From: Sarea resinae
Taxonomy: Eukaryota
Direction of reading: 5' to 3'
Length of the DNA stretch: 64,000 nucleotides
Assembly: GCA_026026165.1 (NCBI GenBank)
Contig: JAPEUD010000032.1
Coordinates: 62,001-126,000 of the forward strand
Shown here: in pieces, positions 59,443 to 64,000 of the stretch
Layout of the letters: every line of letters begins with the position of its first letter
How positions within the stretch are numbered: position 1 is the stretch's first letter
The notes under the pieces: model-generated
Databases searched by the model: none
What the model saw: only the letters and a program-made list of their open reading frames with translations
Told to the model about the DNA's origin: nothing
Position numbers and translations under genes: made by a program

Positions 59443-60260
59443 ATGGCTGGCAAGAAGGCAGCCGGAGAAAACTCCAAGAAGGTCGCAGGCAATGCCAAAA
59501 AGGCCGAGGCGGCCGCCCAGAAGAAAGCCAGCGAAGATGCCGTGAAGCGCCAAGCCGAAGACAGCGAGTGGTCCAAGGGCGCAAAGAGCAACTCCAAGAA
59601 GTAAGTGCGCGACTCACTCACTCCCTCTCCTCCCTATGCAGTTTCAAATCAGCCAGCCAGCCAGCCAGACAGCCAGCCAGTGCAACAAGAAGGAAGTACA
59701 AACAAGCTAACAAAATCGTGTGATCAACACAAAACAGGCAGGCGGCCGAAGACAAGAAAGCCGAAGCCGCGAAAAAGAAGGCCGAGAAAGATGCGCTGCT
59801 GCGCGAAGAAGAGGCCTCGCTGCCGAGCAAGGCGCCCAAGGGAGCCAAGACCGCCACGAAGAAAACCCGCGGCCTCGACCTCTCCCAGCTCGACGACAAC
59901 GACCCGTCCAACAACTCGAAAGCCGCCCCGACGCTCTCCGCCACAGGCATCGACAACGCACTCGATGCACTTTCCCTCGATGCCGCAGACACGAATTCCG
60001 CCAAGATCGACCGCCACCCTGAACGGCGTTTCAAAGCCGCCTACGCTGCCTTCGAGGCTCGCCGATTGCCGGAGCTGGAAGAGGAGCAGAAGGGCTTGCG
60101 ACGGCAGCAGAGAATCGATATCATCAGGAAGGAGTTCGAGAAGAGCTCGGAGAACCCGTTCAACCAGGTGTCGGCGAGGTTTGATAGTACGAGGGAGGAG
60201 ATTGCGGAGATGAAGGCGCGCGAGAAGGAGAAGACGGAGAAGAGGCTGGCTGCCAAGTGA
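59443..60260 (+). CDS. CCDC124/Oxs1 family (DUF1014) coiled-coil protein
   Basis: MAGKKAAGENSKKVAGNAKKA...WSKGAK, then an intron at 59601-59737, then ATGIDNALDAL, IDRHPERRFKAAYAAFE and KSSENPFNQ. Confidence 0.9.
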
Positions 60261-60556
60261 GGAGATGGAACACCATGAGCATATGTGTGGTGCGGAGTGC
60301 AGCGTTGCTTCATTCATTTCATAAGAAGCTAAGTACATAGAAGGAAAATCCAAACATCACGAATATAATGATCATTACCACCACTGCTACTACCAGCTCA
60401 ATCAGAGTCCCACATATCTTGGAAGTCCGAATTCTTGCACAAAGCACGACACGCAGTCTCTCCAGATCATGACCCGCCTTTCGTCAACCAAGCGGCCAGC
60501 CACACTAACAAAAGGACAGTCCTAGCCCATGGCATTCTTCATCAAGCGTGTTGCCC

Positions 60557-60979
60557 CTAGGCAACAAAAGGGACGTCTCTCGGACAGTCAGAGCAACTCG
60601 GCGCACAGGAACCCTCGATCGTGGCGCCATCATAAGAGAAGCATGTGCCAGGATAATTCATGTGCCAGCACCCAGACGCACTGGGCGCATAGCAGCTATC
60701 CATCTCATTACCACCACTGCAGTCGGTGCTATCTGGCTCGGTGCAGGTATAGAAGTTTCCATAGCCGTTGCCGTTGGTATCGCTGAAGGTGAAATAGGCG
60801 CTATTGGCCGTCTGTCCGAGGCCTTCAATACAGCCGCCGGTGCCCACGTTGTCCCCAAAAGATCCGAGACTGGTCCCCGCGCAACTGTTGTCGCTGAATA
60901 GCTCGATCGTCCATCTTCCCGACTGGGCCAAGGCGAGACCCGCCGTGCCTAGCAAAACGGCTGCGGTGGAGAACTTCAT
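60557..60979 (-). CDS. Small secreted cysteine-rich protein (140 aa, 10 Cys)
   Basis: Intronless ORF with signal peptide MKFSTAAVLLGTAGLALA and a CACCACG ATG start context. The mature part is Gly/Ser/Cys-rich. Confidence 0.85.
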   Translation of the reverse strand: MKFSTAAVLLGTAGLALAQSGRWTIELFSDNSCAGTSLGSFGDNVGTGGCIEGLGQTANSAYFTFSDTNGNGYGNFYTCTEPDSTDCSGGNEMDSCYAPSASGCWHMNYPGTCFSYDGATIEGSCAPSCSDCPRDVPFVA

Positions 60980-61658
60980 CGTGGTGGTGGTGGTGGTGGT
61001 GCTATTCGGTATGTCGTCAATGGGCTTGCTCGATTTCCCTTAGAGCTCAGCGTCCTCACCTGGGGTTTTCTTTGCGAGCAATTGAATTCTGAAGGCTATC
61101 TGAGGGTGGATGTAATGAGATAGCTCGAGGGTAAATGTCGAAGATGCTCTCTGGCTTTCTAACCCAACTCTCTTCCGCGGGGCATTTCTTCTCTCTTTAT
61201 ACACGAAATCTCTCAGTCTCTTATCGTAGCATCAAGCCCAGCCTCCCCTGGACCAACACGACCGTCCAGACATTGCGGTCCAGACGTAGAGTCGGCCGTC
61301 CGCGGATCAGCACGGATAGCGAGGGATGCATATAGAGACAGTCACTAAAGAAAAAGATGCCCATGAGACAGGCACGGTCGTACAGAGAACAAATCACGTC
61401 AACGGGACCGAACGAACATGACAGCACCGTTCACATCGAATGCGGATATGCAAACGGAAGCGCTCAAGCGTCGGACGTAGAGTACTACCTAAGGTAAGTA
61501 ACATATGTACAGATTTCAATCCCCATGGAGCAGGTGAGAAGCTGCCCTAGTTTCTAGATGAATGACGCTCGAAACCGAAGCTTTCCATTTCCAACAAACA
61601 GTCGTATAAAGAACGAATTGGCGTGTCCGAATTTGCTTTCTGCATGTTCTCCCCGGTC

Positions 61659-61659
<1 letters not shown>

Positions 61660-61713
<54 letters not shown>
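61660..61713. repeat. Poly-C / poly-G homopolymer of about 54 bp
   Basis: Uninterrupted run of C. Confidence 0.95.
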
Positions 61714-62676
61714 TGCACCTTTATCCGAGAAAGGATCTGCGCCGATAAAGGCGAGATCGAGATTCGTCGGTGCGATTTTTCTCAATACTCGTATTCTTTT
61801 GTAGCAATGTTGAGCAACGGTCGCCGTTTTCAATCTATTAATCATCGCCCCCGCTGCCAGCTATTTGCAAAGTGGGAAAACCCCGGACCCGGACTTCCAG
61901 TATGAAAGGGGAATCATCGATTGATTGACCTCTCCAGGGAAAACCTGACCGCCTATGTCTCCCCCCTCCCCCCTTCCCGACCTTCCCCCCTCTTCTCGGG
62001 GCTTCAGCCATAGTGCCGGAACCGCGGGAAATATTGCCGAGTACTACCCTACTGTTGTCTGTGAGTGGACAAGTACTTCATGGATTGATGGATGGATTAA
62101 TAGATTGATTGAATGAGCGAGAAGGCAAGTCAATGGGTGCAGCGACAGTCATACGAAGCGGAGTCAACAGGTCCCACAAAGACCGCGGACCACAAGCCAC
62201 GAGTCACAAGTCAGGGGGAAGGGGGGGGGCACAGAAGGTCAATCGCATGAGCCGCGCTCCAGCTCTTCAGGGCTCCAGCTTCGCTCGTAAACAGCCGATA
62301 TAGCGAGCGATATCTCTGCGTTCCCCCCGGGAGAAGATGCCCACCCGCCTCTCAAGCAGGAAAGCACCCTAAAGCATATCGCATCGAGGAGATAAGAAAC
62401 ATACGTTTTTTGAACGTTGTGGGATCGGGGATCAGGAATGATGGGATTAGGGGTACTGGCATGACCTATGTACACTAGAGACAAAGGGGCGGGAAAAAGA
62501 GAGGAGAGGTAGGGAAAAGAGCACAGGGAAAATAAAAAGAAAGGGTTACGAGAATAAAGAGGATAGAGAAAAGACAAAGAAGCCGGAAGGAGAGAGGAAG
62601 AAAGTAATGAGATACCAAAGTCAACCATTTCCCTCTTTCTCTCGCTCTTTTTACATACCACTCAAACCTAATCAAC

Positions 62677-62677
62677 C

Positions 62678-62710
<33 letters not shown>
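62677..62710. repeat. (CAGA)n microsatellite
   Basis: About 8 CAGA units. Confidence 0.95.
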
Positions 62711-62800
62711 GCCAACGCCACCTTCTAGAGGATCGACAAATGTGTGAAAAGATCATTCATGTCTTCCCCGCCTTCATTATCTTCACCTGCTCTACCTGCC

Positions 62801-64000
62801 CTACCCTCGTTTTTCGGCCCCATCAACATTAAGATCGAGACCGAGGGTGAAATCCATGTCTAAATCAACGTCCACGTCCATGTCCATGTCCATACTATCA
62901 GACATCAACGGAACGAAACTAGACGCAGGTGCCGAATGCGAGATTTCTGGTGGGACTTTCGGTGCTGAGGGATATGTGGTGTCAGCGGCACCGGTTGACG
63001 CTTCAGCACTATTCCCCGTGCCGTGCGTCCACGGCCAGCCACCATGGTCGGGTGGCATTGAAGTGGGTATGCTGCTGCCCCAAGGGTCGTAGTTCCTAAA
63101 AGACGGATCGGTAGCCTCCACCACTTCCTTGTTGAGTGGGTGGGAGGGGTGGCCTTGAAGATGCTGACCCGCTGGAGCAGACGTAGGGGCAAAGGCAAAT
63201 GGAGCTGGCGAAGGAAAGGCCGAAGGAAAAACAGAGGCAGAGGTAGATGATGATGATGGAAATGCCGAGGCTGATGTGGAGACCGGGATGGGAATTGAAT
63301 AGGCCGCGTACAAGGGACCGGAGGAAGATGATGCGCGGCTGGAGAGTTGGTGCGAAGGAGCGGACATGGGAACAGCGAGAGAGGCGGATCTCGGCATACC
63401 ACCACCACCACCATCACCACCACCACCACCGTCGTCGACGCCTGCATCGCCGAACTGGCCTGGACCCCCTTCAAATCCTAACCCTAACGGTCCGACCCAC
63501 TCGCTCATCTCTCTGCCCTCCCGAAAGTGCAGAGCTAGGTGGTCGGCTCTGCCCTGCCATGTCTCACAACCCTCCTCACAGAAGCCGCACCGCGATCTGA
63601 TATCCTGTAATTCGCTCTTCCACTCCCTCTCCATAGTTGCCGTAAGCTGCTTGCAATTGTGCACGAGCCTCAAATGCTGCCGGAGGTGGTCTTTGCGGAA
63701 GAACGTGCGATCGCAAAGGGCCTTATCGGCACAGGCGCGGAAGTTGTGGTGGGTTTCAAGGTGCGAGGAAGGGTGCTTGGGGTCGTCATTCAGAGGAATG
63801 GGATGCTCGCAGAAGGCGCAGTGCAGACTTGCCATCCCTGTGGCGGTAGAGGAGACGAGCAGACCACCGTATGGCGCGCATGTCCATTTGGAGACTGTGA
63901 GATGCAAATTTTGCTCGTGGCGCTGCCAGTCATATTTTGTGCGGAATCTATTGGATAATCAATTGAGGTGATGTGGATATATGGTGACAAGACATACCTG
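62801..64000 (-). CDS. C2H2 zinc-finger transcription factor (fungal homeobox-C2H2-like family), 3' part only
   Basis: After an intron at ~63949-63997 the frame reads FRTKYDWQRHEQNLH..WTC, CAFC...HLETHH, FFRKDHLRQHLRLVH and SRCGFC...WQGRADHLALHF. The 5' part, and any homeodomain, lies outside the window. Confidence 0.85.

Noticed and set aside
61516..61905. Poly-Gly / poly-Pro ORFs
   Set aside because: Artefacts of the poly-C tract.
1..64000. tRNA, rRNA or other structured RNA genes
   Set aside because: None recognised by eye; tRNAscan-SE/Infernal would be needed to exclude them.

Overview
Eukaryotic, intron-rich genomic DNA from a filamentous ascomycete (Pezizomycotina; Eurotiomycete-like is my inference). 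About 19 protein-coding loci can be reconstructed by hand across GT-AG introns. The first 38 kb is mostly housekeeping: thiolase (partial), Rad6 E2, kinesin-1, carnitine carrier, Gpi8, 5'-nucleotidase, PGM-family protein, an orphan membrane protein, Trm4/Ncl1, an F-box protein, a Cys-motif protein and Cdc45. The 40-50 kb region is accessory. It holds a fungal NLR-like NACHT + helical/ankyrin-repeat gene hit twice by one hAT family: a 3.24-kb RIP-inactivated element with a perfect 8-bp TSD, and a 79-bp ends-only mini-element. An AT-rich relic follows. At 50-58 kb lies the best candidate for a new system: three co-oriented genes for a tail-anchored PAPS-type sulfotransferase, a signal-peptide/C-anchored PAPS-independent arylsulfotransferase (ASST) and an MFS transporter. 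Together they suggest a two-step, membrane-spanning sulfate relay (hypothesis). The window ends with CCDC124/Oxs1, a 10-Cys small secreted protein, a 54-bp poly-C tract and the 3' part of a C2H2 transcription factor. All calls come from motif recognition by eye; no searches were run, and exon borders are approximate.
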